Assembly: GCA_965205015.1 (NCBI GenBank)
Contig: OZ242029.1
Span: 3,072,001 to 3,136,000 of the forward strand
DNA: 64,000 nucleotides
Source of the DNA: Candidatus Poribacteria bacterium
Lineage (GTDB): Bacteria > Poribacteria > WGA-4E > WGA-3G
Reading direction: 5' to 3'
Shown here: piece by piece, positions 1 through 8,796 of the stretch
How the letters are laid out: the number at the start of each line of letters is the position of its first letter
Numbering within the stretch: the stretch's first letter is position 1
Notes under the pieces: generated by a model
Databases searched by the model: none
Seen by the model: the letters and a program-made list of their open reading frames with translations, nothing else
Told to the model about the DNA's origin: nothing
Translations under genes and position numbers: made by a program

Positions 1-698
1 CAGTTCACACCGATGATACTCACGGATTCCAACAGCGAATCTCCTCCTGAAAATTCGCTGTTCATGAGAATCTCGATTAGATCCGCGGGAGAATTTCCCC
101 AATCGGTTCGGTAGATCACCTTACCGGTACGTCGTTCCTTGGTCCATTTGTAAGTCAGGTTCACCGCAATAGGGATTCCTGTCTCGCGGGCAACATCCAC
201 AGCGAGCGCCGCTTCTTTCGCGGAAAACATCGTTTCCAAGCAGAGGAAATCCACGCCTTCTTCTGCGAGGGTGTGGATGACTAATTTGTGCGCCTCCCTC
301 GCATCGGCATTTGGGATGCCGAAGGTGGTATCGCCGCTATCGGCTTCAATCGCGCCGGGAGAGGGTCCCACAGAACCAGCGATGTAGACATCTTTTCCGC
401 TCTGTGCAACAGCCATTTTTGCGTGTTGGACAGCGAGGCGTATCAGCCGTTTCGCATCGGATAGGTCTTGTCCTGCCATTTCCAAGTGGAGTGGAGATGC
501 TACGAACGTGTTTGTCCCAATCACCTCGGCACCTGCATTAATATAATCCGAATGGATGTCAGTAACAGCCGTGGGATGTAGATCATTGGCGAGTGCACTG
601 TTCGCGAGTTCTATACTTCGCGCGAACAACTGTGAACCGAACCCACCGTCGTATAAAATCGGTTCATCCGACGTCAAACGTTCTTGAAAGCTTTTAAT
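1..698 (-). CDS. Homocysteine S-methyltransferase domain protein (stand-alone MetH N-terminal module); runs off left edge; start uncertain (ATT 698 or TTG 677)
   Basis: Manual translation: IKSFQERL...ILYDGGFGSQL...IHSDYINAGAEVIGTNTF...YIAGSVGP...GVDFLCLETM...IIGVN; in-frame TAA at 747-749. Confidence 0.85.
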   Translation of the reverse strand, partial: MKSFQERLTSDEPILYDGGFGSQLFARSIELANSALANDLHPTAVTDIHSDYINAGAEVIGTNTFVASPLHLEMAGQDLSDAKRLIRLAVQHAKMAVAQSGKDVYIAGSVGPSPGAIEADSGDTTFGIPNADAREAHKLVIHTLAEEGVDFLCLETMFSAKEAALAVDVARETGIPIAVNLTYKWTKERRTGKVIYRTDWGNSPADLIEILMNSEFSGGDSLLESVSIIGVN

Positions 699-778
699 TT
701 TACCTTGCGGAGGAACGCCGAGCGTTAGGACTTTAACGTGCGTTCCTTAAATCCGCCCTCCATTACATTACGGGCTAC
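692..778 (-). repeat. Dispersed GTAGC...CCGCAAGG-AATTAAAA element, copy 1
   Basis: Minus strand GTAGCCCGTAATGTAATGGAGGGCGGATTTAAGGAA-variable-CCGCAAGGTAAAATTAAAA; same ends at 8 other loci. Confidence 0.8.
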
Positions 779-900
779 GTTCTTTGGATCAAGTAAACTC
801 AGGTTTGAATTGACTTCCTTTGGAATCGCTATTTCGTAGTATGGTTTCCTGTTAGGCTGTGTCACTGCTCCGTTCGGATAGGAGAACCCAGTACCTACCG

Positions 901-2799
901 TTACAACGTTTCAGGCATCGGTTTGAATTGACAGCCTTCCACGAATACGTCAAAGAAATCCGGTGTCGTTTCCAATTCAATATGTTCAATATTGTTGACG
1001 AACGCTTCAATATCGGCGCGTTTTTTCTCAGAAAGCAGAACAGCTGTCGCACCTGCTACCGCGGCGTTGCCGATCTTGACGACATTCGCTTCTGGAACGG
1101 GTGCGAGAAATCCGATTTCAATCGCGTCCTGTAGGTTAACATAATTGGCAAATCCGCCAGCTAAAAAGAGTTTTGTGATGTCTTTTGGGACACAGCCGAA
1201 GTGCCGTAGAACAATGTATTGTCCGCAGTAGTTTGCCGCCTTTGCTTGCGCCAAATTGCTTGCATCCTCACGTGAAAAGGTGATACCGTGCTCCGGCAAA
1301 AGCGACATAACACGTTGTTTTCTATCTGCAAAAACGCCTTTCGGACTCATCTGATTATGCCGCCGTAGCTCAGCGAGGAGTGAAATCAGTCCAGAACCGC
1401 ATAACCCCTGTGGTGTCTCACCATCAATTGTTTCATAATTGAACCGACCTTCGTTCCATTTCACGGACTCAATAGCCCCCGGGTAAGCGGGCATTCCGTA
1501 TTCAATGCCGCCCCCCTCAAATGCGGGACCCGCCGGACATGACGCAGCGACCATCCGTTCCGCATTTCCGACAACGACCTCTGTATTTGTCCCGACATCC
1601 ACCAACATAATCACCTCATCCAGCACAGGAATATCGATCGAGACCAAATCCGCCGCAACATCTGCCCCGACATGGCTGGCAATCAACGGTAAGCTGTAGA
1701 CCATCGCTTTCGGGTTCGCACGGATACCCAAGCGCCGCACTTTTTCAATGAGAGAGGTAGTTGAACGGGTCCCCTCCCGATACGCGTGTTCAATCCGTGA
1801 TTTATACGGCTTTTGCCCAATGCTCTGAACATCCTGTTTGAAGAAGATGTCACGCATTGTTGTGTTACCCGCAACGACGATTTCATAAATCTCCTGGCGG
1901 ACGAAGTTATGGCGTTCACACATCTCCATGATTTCACTGTTTAATGCGGCAATCAGCGAACGGCGCAGTTCACCCTGAAATTCACCATCGTAGGAGATGC
2001 GGTTCATGATATCGCTGCCCCCGAAACGCTGTGGATTTTCAAAGGAACTGACAGAAACTGTTTGCCCGTTCTCTAAATCCACCAGATTCGCTACCACTGT
2101 CGTTGTTCCGATGTCTAAAGCGAGTCCATAGAGGTGTCCGCGGTAGCGGTCAATCGGTTCGTCATTGTAATAGACAACCCCATCGTGATGGGTAACGCGT
2201 GGATCTAATTGGGATCCATCATTATCCTGTGTGACGGCATGCGTCAGGATCCGTGGTGCGCGTCGAAGGGGTGCGAACTCGATGTCCGCGTCAATATCAA
2301 GAACAATGGCTTGGCAGGCGAGACGATAGTTATCTCGAAGGAAGGCTTCTGCTTCATTTGGGGGACGGAGGCTGTCCATACCCCGTTTAATCTCAACGAT
2401 ACATTCGTGGCACTGCCCGGTTCGGAAACAGGAGGTGGGGACTTGGACGGTTAAATCGTCTGCGTAGTCAAAAACGGTTTTCCCAGGCGTGAGCTGCTGT
2501 GCCTGCCCGTCGCACGTAATTGTGCCGGTGCTGTGTGTTTCTGCTGTTTGATCGGGAGCGTCAGTCTCCCATGCGCTGCGGTAGTCTAACTTATCGTCCC
2601 CAACGCACAAAAGTCCGGTCCCTTCATCAATCTTTCGCTGGTTTCGGCAACCGAACTTCGCAGTGCATTGGTCAAAGCGATTTTTGTAAGGGCACCGATA
2701 TGTCGCTTGTTCATCCGCGTGGACAACCAGTCCTTCAAAAATTTCTGTAATTTTACTGAGGCGTTTCTCGTATTCGGCTTTGTCTATCTTCTTTACCAC
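901..2799 (-). CDS. ASKHA/DUF4445 reductive activator of corrinoid proteins (RACo/RamA type) with 2Fe-2S domain
   Basis: SCFRTGQCHEC..RLACQ ferredoxin motif; DIGTTT, DVGTNTE, AGPAFEG, GLCGSG, LAGGF, GNAA motifs; adjacent corrinoid protein. Confidence 0.9.
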   Translation of the reverse strand: MVKKIDKAEYEKRLSKITEIFEGLVVHADEQATYRCPYKNRFDQCTAKFGCRNQRKIDEGTGLLCVGDDKLDYRSAWETDAPDQTAETHSTGTITCDGQAQQLTPGKTVFDYADDLTVQVPTSCFRTGQCHECIVEIKRGMDSLRPPNEAEAFLRDNYRLACQAIVLDIDADIEFAPLRRAPRILTHAVTQDNDGSQLDPRVTHHDGVVYYNDEPIDRYRGHLYGLALDIGTTTVVANLVDLENGQTVSVSSFENPQRFGGSDIMNRISYDGEFQGELRRSLIAALNSEIMEMCERHNFVRQEIYEIVVAGNTTMRDIFFKQDVQSIGQKPYKSRIEHAYREGTRSTTSLIEKVRRLGIRANPKAMVYSLPLIASHVGADVAADLVSIDIPVLDEVIMLVDVGTNTEVVVGNAERMVAASCPAGPAFEGGGIEYGMPAYPGAIESVKWNEGRFNYETIDGETPQGLCGSGLISLLAELRRHNQMSPKGVFADRKQRVMSLLPEHGITFSREDASNLAQAKAANYCGQYIVLRHFGCVPKDITKLFLAGGFANYVNLQDAIEIGFLAPVPEANVVKIGNAAVAGATAVLLSEKKRADIEAFVNNIEHIELETTPDFFDVFVEGCQFKPMPETL

Positions 2800-3551
2800 T
2801 CTTCGTCGGTCTCCTCAAGGAATTGCTTAGCAAGTGCGACACATGCCAGCGCGTCTTTGCCATACCCATCAGCCCCCATATCATCGGCGAAGGTCTGTGT
2901 AACTGGGGCACCGCCTACCATAATCTTGACTTCTTCCCGCAAGTCCTCGTCAATAAAAGCATCGATTGTCTTCCCCATGTTCGGCATCGTCGTTGTTAGG
3001 AGTGCCGACATTCCGAGGATCGGTGCTTCGTATTCGTCAACGGCGTCGATGAACTCGTCCTCAGAGGTATCGACGCCTAAATCGTGGACGACAAAACCTG
3101 CGCCCCGCAACATCATGATGCACAAATTCTTGCCAATGTCGTGTAGGTCGCCCTTGACGGTTCCCATAATCACTGTCCCGACGGGTTCTATACCCGAATC
3201 CGAAAGGATCGGTTCGATATGCGCCATTCCTGCCTTCATTGCACGGGCGCATGCCAAGACTTCTGGCACGAAGATGAAGTTTTCCCGGAACTTGATGCCG
3301 ACGATCCCCATCCCGGCGATGAGTCCATCGTCCATAATTTCTAATGCTTCTGTGCCTTCTTCCAGCGCGGTTTGCGTCAATTCATCAACGGTGTGATGAT
3401 CGCCATCAATAAGCGCAGCGGCGATGTCCTGCATTGCGGGTGCTGCCTGCGCGAACGTCTCAACGGTACGTGTTATCTCGTCGGGTTCTTCCAGGAATTC
3501 TTCGATCTCTTCCCGGATAAATTCGTTTGCGATGTCATTAATTGATGCCAC
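2793..3551 (-). CDS. Corrinoid (B12-binding) protein; probable GTG start at 3551
   Basis: GTVKGDLHDIGKN, SALLTTT, VGGAP motifs; cap domain FVPEV; GAGGAGG RBS before GTG. Confidence 0.92.
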   Translation of the reverse strand: MASINDIANEFIREEIEEFLEEPDEITRTVETFAQAAPAMQDIAAALIDGDHHTVDELTQTALEEGTEALEIMDDGLIAGMGIVGIKFRENFIFVPEVLACARAMKAGMAHIEPILSDSGIEPVGTVIMGTVKGDLHDIGKNLCIMMLRGAGFVVHDLGVDTSEDEFIDAVDEYEAPILGMSALLTTTMPNMGKTIDAFIDEDLREEVKIMVGGAPVTQTFADDMGADGYGKDALACVALAKQFLEETDEEW

Positions 3552-3970
3552 GAGTTTTAAAGTCCTCCTCAAAGATACAATAATACCACACCCCTGAGAA
3601 AATAGCAAATGAATTTTAGATTTTGTATCATCAAGAAAGCCACTGACTGAATTAGCCACTGGCTTTCCTATCTTCCGAGTACTACATAGGTTTAAATTGT
3701 TGTCACACTATAGGACTTACGCAGGTTGCTCTTTTGTAGCATAGACTGTTAGTCTGTGCATCTGCAGCAGACGCGAGGCACACATCATAAACTCAAACTC
3801 GCAGCAGCACTGTTGCTTTATCCAGTTTCAAATTGTAGTGAATTCCGAAAATCAGAGGACATATTTTGTAGCACAAACTTTTAGTTTGTGGCATTCTGAA
3901 GGACGCTGATAGGCGTTGTGAACTGTTTGAGAATGTCCAGTTAATTCTAAAATCTATTATAAAGGTAAAC

Positions 3971-4035
3971 TGGTTCGTAGTAGCGCAATTCATTGCGCAT
4001 TCGGGACGTGCGATAAATCGCACGACTACGAACCA
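3971..4035. repeat. REPIN-like inverted pair of GTAG-type REP hairpins
   Basis: tggttcGTAGTAGCGCAATTCATTGCGC...GTGCGATAAATCGCACGACTACgaacca. Confidence 0.75.
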
Positions 4036-4057
4036 ACTTGTTTGTAGTTACCGAAAT

Positions 4058-4285
4058 ATGTGGGCAGGTACAAGACCTGCCCCTACAATGCGGGCAGGTA
4101 CAAGCGGGCAGGTACAAGACCTGCCTCTACAATGTGGGTAGGCAGAAGACCTGTTCCTACAATGTGGGCAGGTACAAGCGGGCAGGTACAAGACCTGCCC
4201 CTACAATGTGGGCAGGTCCTACAATGCGGGCAGGTACAAGACCTGCCCCTACAATGTGGGCAGGTCCAAGACCTGCCCCTACATT
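4058..4285. repeat. Tandem cluster of GTAG-REP units (GGGCAGGTACAAGACCTGCCCCTACAATG)
   Basis: About 6 complete plus partial palindromic units, no unique spacers; same family at 60222-60355 and 63530-63655. Confidence 0.85.
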
Positions 4286-4297
4286 GTATCAAAGCGT

Positions 4298-5446
4298 CTA
4301 ATTTTTCTCTCGATACTCTTGCAAAAGGGTATTGATCTTGTCGAGGAACGCTTGTGAGTAGATCTCGCCGACGAGTGCTTTGTGGGTTTCTGCAGCGATA
4401 GCATCCCACGCTTCCCGGGCATCGTCCTCGAATTCAACGACTTGAATACCCGCCTTCTTTTGGAGTGCCTCAAGTGCCCTTTCGTTATCCTTGCGAATAT
4501 TCTGAATTAACTCGCCCTGATGCGCGTCCGCAACTTCACGCAAAACTTGCTGCTGCTCCGAGGAAAGTTCATCAAACTTTTCCTTTGTTATGACTGTTGC
4601 ACCGACACCGACACTGACGGGAAGGTTCGTCATATATTTGAATTTATCGTGCCATTGCAGCGCGACGGTGACATAAGGAGACGCAGCTAGCGTGTTGATT
4701 TGCCCTGAGTAGAGTGAGGAGAGGACCTGTGTAACCTCTCTCGGCACAGTTGCGATCTCAGCGTTTTTGTAAAACGTCAGCCCAATTCTGTCAGTTGTCC
4801 GAGCCCACATCTTGATGTTTGGGGATTGAAGGTCGGCAATGGTGCGGATAGGTTCATTACTGAATATATAATAAAAGCCGATGTCTCCCATACCGAGTAG
4901 GACATATCCGGCATCCAGAAAGGCTTTGTCAAGATCTTCACGGAGGTAGTCGCGGACGTAGTCAAGTTCTTCGTAAGTCCTGAACATTCGAGGCAGTTGG
5001 AAAATCAGGACCTCTTCCTGTATTTCGCCGAGCCCCGTGGCGGTCATAGCCCCTGCGTGGATCAGGCCTGCGCGCATCTTGCGGATAACGTCAAGTTCGT
5101 CTCCCTGAACCCCATTCGGATAGATGCGAAGCCGAATTTCGCCGTCTGTTTTGGCGCGAATTTCTTTCCCCATCGCTTCAAAATTGTTCATCCATGTGGA
5201 ACCCTTTGGCGCGAGTGTTGCGAACTTAATAGATTCGGCATCGAGATGCGCTACGGGTAGACAGCACATTCCGAGAATAAGTAGAAACACGCTCGCGAAT
5301 TTAAAAAAGGAATCGGGGAAAAGTCCGGAATGGAAGAACGGATGGATGGAAGAACGGGGCCTCAATCTTCCACCCAACTTCCAACCTTCCAACCTTCCAA
5401 CTTTCCAACTTTCCATCCAATAGCCTGTTTTTTTGTTCTTCATCAT
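4298..5446 (-). CDS. TRAP substrate-binding protein DctP/TatP; N-terminus carries a repeat-derived insertion
   Basis: IKFATLAPKGSTW, IYPNGVQGDE..VIRKMRAG motifs; overlaps tatT stop. Confidence 0.88.
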   Translation of the reverse strand: MMKNKKTGYWMESWKVGRLEGWKLGGRLRPRSSIHPFFHSGLFPDSFFKFASVFLLILGMCCLPVAHLDAESIKFATLAPKGSTWMNNFEAMGKEIRAKTDGEIRLRIYPNGVQGDELDVIRKMRAGLIHAGAMTATGLGEIQEEVLIFQLPRMFRTYEELDYVRDYLREDLDKAFLDAGYVLLGMGDIGFYYIFSNEPIRTIADLQSPNIKMWARTTDRIGLTFYKNAEIATVPREVTQVLSSLYSGQINTLAASPYVTVALQWHDKFKYMTNLPVSVGVGATVITKEKFDELSSEQQQVLREVADAHQGELIQNIRKDNERALEALQKKAGIQVVEFEDDAREAWDAIAAETHKALVGEIYSQAFLDKINTLLQEYREKN

Positions 5447-6351
5447 TCTGTGTCTCCTTCCTCCATTTCTGGATCAAAAAGGTCATCAACCTGGTTGAGC
5501 AGGCGTTTGGCACGCGATTTCGCCAAGGAAGTCGCGGCTTCCTCCCCAGGATAAATGTCCGATGGTGCGTCAAGGATTTCTTGTAACGCCTGCTTGAAAA
5601 GCGTCACATTCTGTTTCGGATAAGCATAGTAACGTGCGAGATAGAGTTTGCTCATCAGAAATTTGCCGTCATTGATTCGATCGACATGGGCGATGTGTTC
5701 CTTTGCCTTCTCTGGGTCTCCGCCGATTGAGATCGCCCGGTCGCCGTAATAAACCGTATAAAACAGATGCGCGCCCCCGAAGTAGAAGGTCTCGTCCAAT
5801 TCAAGCACACGTTGCATCATCAGTTCCACGCGAGCGAGATCAATGACCTGCATCGGGTCGTCCTTCTGAAGGCTAATGCCGCGTGCGATCGAATAGGCTG
5901 CCCAAAATAGCGGTTCGACCTCCTTCTTTTTCAATTTCTGAAGTGCTTTTTCAAAGGCAGCAACATCAACAGTTCTTGCCTCTTTGAAGGTTTCGTCAGA
6001 CTTTGCTAAAGCCTTAAGTGCGTATCCCTCAGAACGTATATAGTAATCGATCGCCCGCGCACGCATCTCGTCCGCGGTTTCATAGTCGCCCGCTATTTCA
6101 GCCTCTTCCATCTTATCCTCGATGAATCCAGCATAAGATGAATACGCGCGAGCCGTCTTAATAATGAGGTTTTTGTTCCCAATTTTAGATAGATTTTCAA
6201 GCGTGCCGATGTTCCCCTCAAGGGTGGCTTCTACTACAGCGAGGTCGCCTTCCCCTTGAATTCTTGCGAGTTTGGCAAGTCCGCATCCACCTAAGAGTAT
6301 CGGGAGGAACAGTAAAAGAGATATACGAAAGCAAATTTTGGGATATATCAT
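5443..6351 (-). CDS. TRAP transporter TatT-family lipoprotein
   Basis: Lipobox LGGC; VLELDETFYFGGAH, GGDPEKAKEH; paired with DctP. Confidence 0.82.
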   Translation of the reverse strand: MIYPKICFRISLLLFLPILLGGCGLAKLARIQGEGDLAVVEATLEGNIGTLENLSKIGNKNLIIKTARAYSSYAGFIEDKMEEAEIAGDYETADEMRARAIDYYIRSEGYALKALAKSDETFKEARTVDVAAFEKALQKLKKKEVEPLFWAAYSIARGISLQKDDPMQVIDLARVELMMQRVLELDETFYFGGAHLFYTVYYGDRAISIGGDPEKAKEHIAHVDRINDGKFLMSKLYLARYYAYPKQNVTLFKQALQEILDAPSDIYPGEEAATSLAKSRAKRLLNQVDDLFDPEMEEGDTE

Positions 6352-6386
6352 GGGTATTAAATTGACCTCCTTAGGGTTGTTAGTTT

Positions 6387-6502
6387 TATAGTAAGTCCCA
6401 CAATTACGTGGACACTGGGGCGAGGTTAGAAACCTCGCCAGCGGGATGCAGGATGGTGCTGCTACTCCCTGAGGTGTTAACTTATTTTTCGACTTTGCTA
6501 TA
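6387..6502. mobile_element. TATAG-ended MITE with internal GGCGAGG/CCTCGCC hairpin
   Basis: TATAGTAAGT...ACTTTGCTATA termini; related copies at 39260, 39525, 59401, 63440. Confidence 0.65.
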
Positions 6503-6600
6503 ATAGGTATCGGTGCGGTTTTTCTCCGAAAAACCTTTCAGTTGTCAGTCGTCAGTGAAGACGCGCTGATAACCGATAACCGATAACTGATAACTATTCC

Positions 6601-7440
6601 TTAATGATAAAGGAAAAGTGGAATCGTTGTTTCCTGGATCAAATGCTGTGTAACACTGCCCACGAAAAACTCACGGACGCTTTTTCTGCCGTATGCTCCC
6701 ATCACCAACATATCAATGTCATTCTCAGCAATATAGGATTTGACGGCGGTATCGGGATGTCCACTTCGCGTCGCGAGATTCGGTTTAATCCCGTAACTCT
6801 CAAAGAATTCCCCAAGATTGTCTAATAATCCTTGTGCGGTTTCAGAATCATCATTGACGGTAAGAAGTGTTATATCACAGGCGTTCCATATATTCAGCAG
6901 CAGGAACATGTGCACGGCTTTAGAAGCCGGAACACTATTATCATAGGCAACAAGGACCTTCTTAATTTCGCGCACTGAATCCGGCACAGCGAGGACAGGC
7001 GTGAGTCCATTCTTCAAAATACGCTCAAGTGTCCCATAAGTTTCATTGGCACTGTATTCAAAAAACGTCCGCTTTCCAATTACGATGAAATCGTGAAATT
7101 TGGATTCCTCAATAATTTCGGAGAAAGGACTGCCAGTATCGGCGTGTAAAACGGCATTTATCTGCCGATCATCGCAGATACGTGCAAAATCATCAAGAAT
7201 TGCTTTTGCCTTTTCTTCTGTCTCCTCGAGTTGCTGATCTTCACGTTGGATATCATAATGTGCCGCACCGACCGGCACGGGTCCACTTGAAGCTTGAATC
7301 CCGGGTTGATCAATGATGGCAACGCCTGTAATTGTCGCATTGTGGTAGCGCGCAAGCTGGCAGGCGTATTCAATCGCCGCTTGTGCATAGGCAGAGCCAT
7401 CTAAACCGAGTAGAATTTTAGAAAAGTTTGAATGTTCCAT
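6601..7440 (-). CDS. Universal stress protein (two USP domains)
   Basis: ILLGLDGS; VLVAYDNS; DMLVMGAYG..EFFVGSVT. Confidence 0.92.
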   Translation of the reverse strand: MEHSNFSKILLGLDGSAYAQAAIEYACQLARYHNATITGVAIIDQPGIQASSGPVPVGAAHYDIQREDQQLEETEEKAKAILDDFARICDDRQINAVLHADTGSPFSEIIEESKFHDFIVIGKRTFFEYSANETYGTLERILKNGLTPVLAVPDSVREIKKVLVAYDNSVPASKAVHMFLLLNIWNACDITLLTVNDDSETAQGLLDNLGEFFESYGIKPNLATRSGHPDTAVKSYIAENDIDMLVMGAYGRKSVREFFVGSVTQHLIQETTIPLFLYH

Positions 7441-7570
7441 TTAAAATTTCTCCTCTACAGTTATCAGTAGATTAACAGTAACGTGACCTACATATAGTTA
7501 ACGTCCTTTTCGCTGATTGTGGTGCAGGTCTCCGCGTGTGGGCTTATGGGACAGTGTTGGTTGCTGCTTG

Positions 7571-8701
7571 CTACGAAAAAAAGGGCAGCGACACAACTGT
7601 GCCATCAACATGTCCATCTGAGGTCTCGATTTGGACCCGACTGCCTGCTTCCGTAACTGCCATCCGAACGTAACCGAGAGCGATTGACTTTCCGAGTGTC
7701 GGGGCAAAGGTAGCACTCGTAATCCAACCGACCTCTTTGTCGTCGTTGAAAACCCGCGCGTCTGGACGAAGGCGTCGCGAGCTGGTGTTCGCGCCGACAG
7801 ATGAATCAGGATCAACCTCAATACCGCGCAAGAGCCGATTTGGGTGTCCCCGATACTTCATACGCGCGACGATTTCCTGTCCAATATAACACCCCTTCTC
7901 AAAGTCGATAGCGTGTTCTAACTCAGCCTCAAGCGGGATAACGGAATCTGTCAATTCTGCGCCATATCTCGGCACACCTGCTTCAATGCGGAGCGACTCA
8001 AGGGCATTCCAACCGATCGGTTGGACATCAAAACGTGCGCCCTCGGCCATCAATATTTCCCAAAGCGGTACTAACGCTTCGGCAGCGGTGTAAAGGGTCC
8101 AACCCATCTCGCCGGTGTTATCCGTTCGCACACAGACAATTGCGTGTTGAAAAAGCGCGTCTGCTTCACGAAAGCAGTTAGACCGCTCGGGCAGCGCAGC
8201 GAGTTCGTCTATACCGAGCACAGATTGTACAAGGTCCACTGATTTCGGACCGTGAACGGCAATCGCCCCAGTTTCAGCGGTTACATCGGAAAATTCCACA
8301 TCATCAGCGATAATATACTTATCTAATTCGTTGAAAAGGCTTTCTGTGGTTTCAGGGGCGGTGTCAATACCGATTGCGTTCTCAAGGACAGAGATATTCA
8401 TATCCGCTATAATTTTGCCACGATGCGTTAAAAGTGTGGCGTAGGTGCCCTGTCCAGTTGAGAGACTTTCAACATTATTGGAAATGATACGATGTAGAAA
8501 TTTCGCTCGGTCTTCACCTGTTAACCGATGTCTCCCTCGATAGGACACGTCAGCGATACCGACACTATTTCTGACAGCATGATGTTCGGAAACAGGATCG
8601 GTGAACTCGGTGGCGATATTCCAATCTGCATGCTTTTTCTCGAAGACTGCACCGAGTTGTTCATGAATAGAATAAAGTGGTGTTGTTTTCATTTTTTTCA
8701 C
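7571..8701 (-). CDS. GcvT/YgfZ-family folate-binding aminomethyltransferase
   Basis: TPLY, EHHAVR, DVSYRG, LRIEAG, KGCYIGQE, IALGYV. Confidence 0.88.
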   Translation of the reverse strand: MKKMKTTPLYSIHEQLGAVFEKKHADWNIATEFTDPVSEHHAVRNSVGIADVSYRGRHRLTGEDRAKFLHRIISNNVESLSTGQGTYATLLTHRGKIIADMNISVLENAIGIDTAPETTESLFNELDKYIIADDVEFSDVTAETGAIAVHGPKSVDLVQSVLGIDELAALPERSNCFREADALFQHAIVCVRTDNTGEMGWTLYTAAEALVPLWEILMAEGARFDVQPIGWNALESLRIEAGVPRYGAELTDSVIPLEAELEHAIDFEKGCYIGQEIVARMKYRGHPNRLLRGIEVDPDSSVGANTSSRRLRPDARVFNDDKEVGWITSATFAPTLGKSIALGYVRMAVTEAGSRVQIETSDGHVDGTVVSLPFFS

Positions 8702-8796
8702 CAGGGTTCTTGTAATTTATGTGATTTACTATGATGAAATCCCGGATAATCATATAAATCGTAGTTCAGACTTTAGCCGATGGTTTTCGACAGTTA

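Noticed and set aside
3560-3960. Cobalamin riboswitch upstream of the corrinoid genes
   Set aside because: No recognisable B12 box; the region is made of REP-like hairpins.
4058-4285. Possible CRISPR array
   Set aside because: Units are head-to-tail palindromes without unique spacers, there are no cas genes, and the same unit is dispersed elsewhere as a REP.
4038-4409. Short Cys-rich ORFs (CPHCR repeats)
   Set aside because: Translations of the REP cluster.
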